Assembly: GCA_051747585.1 (NCBI GenBank)
Contig: JBNJGH010000072.1
Location: forward strand, 1 to 17,378
Length of the DNA stretch: 17,378 nucleotides
Source of the DNA: Candidatus Rifleibacteriota bacterium
Lineage (GTDB): Bacteria; Muiribacteriota; Ozemobacteria; Ozemobacterales; Ozemobacteraceae
Direction of reading: 5' to 3'
Position 1 is the stretch's first letter; every line of letters starts with the position of its first letter. This document shows, one piece after another, positions 17,262 through 17,378 of the stretch. The notes under the pieces were generated by a model. That model searched no databases and was not told the DNA's origin. It worked only from the letters and a program-made list of their open reading frames with translations. Position numbers and translations under genes: made by a program.

Positions 17262-17368
17262 AGCCCTCAGAGTTGCACGGAGTAATCTTTTTCAGCCGTG
17301 GATTGGCCACAGGCCAATCAGCCGGCGGTTTCACCGTCCGGCTTTCACATCAACAGCAAGCCCTCAGA
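17262..17368. other. Cluster of three abutting hairpins flanked by a 10-bp direct repeat (candidate structured RNA or repeat element)
   Basis: agccctcaga at 17262-17271 and 17359-17368; stems 17276-17280/17296-17300, 17301-17308/17312-17319 and 17320-17329/17333-17343. Confidence 0.35.
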
Positions 17369-17378
17369 AAAACACCAG

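Noticed and set aside
17153..17378. Plus-strand frame open to the window end
   Set aside because: No ATG or RBS and no recognisable protein features. It cannot be fully excluded without downstream sequence.

Overview
Bacterial (diderm, AT-rich) window. The left end (97-1344) holds a complete IS110-family element. Its DEDD/Ser recombinase gene is preceded by a ~190-nt non-coding end in which a bridge RNA can be read directly from the sequence: one internal loop matches both halves of the reconstructed insertion site and a second matches both halves of the element's circle junction. The element has split a REP-like palindrome (GTCATTGCGAGCGAAGCGAAGCAATCT) at a shared ATG/CAT core, and circularisation would assemble a TTGACT-N17-TATATT promoter. 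Next is a tightly packed 8-gene minus-strand envelope operon (11501->1393): phosphodiester glycosidase, SpoIVB-like S55 peptidase, mlaE, mlaF, a long MlaD with a putative C-terminal beta-barrel, type I asparaginase, a zinc-ribbon/TM/TPR protein and an HEXXH/TPR protein. Divergent from the operon is a secreted coiled-coil protein with a consensus sigma54 promoter and three GTCA-N6-TGAC sites, convergent with a histidine kinase plus NtrC-family regulator. The right end has a PilX-like pilin gene and an unexplained hairpin cluster between direct repeats. All calls come from reading motifs by eye; no searches or folding programs were run.
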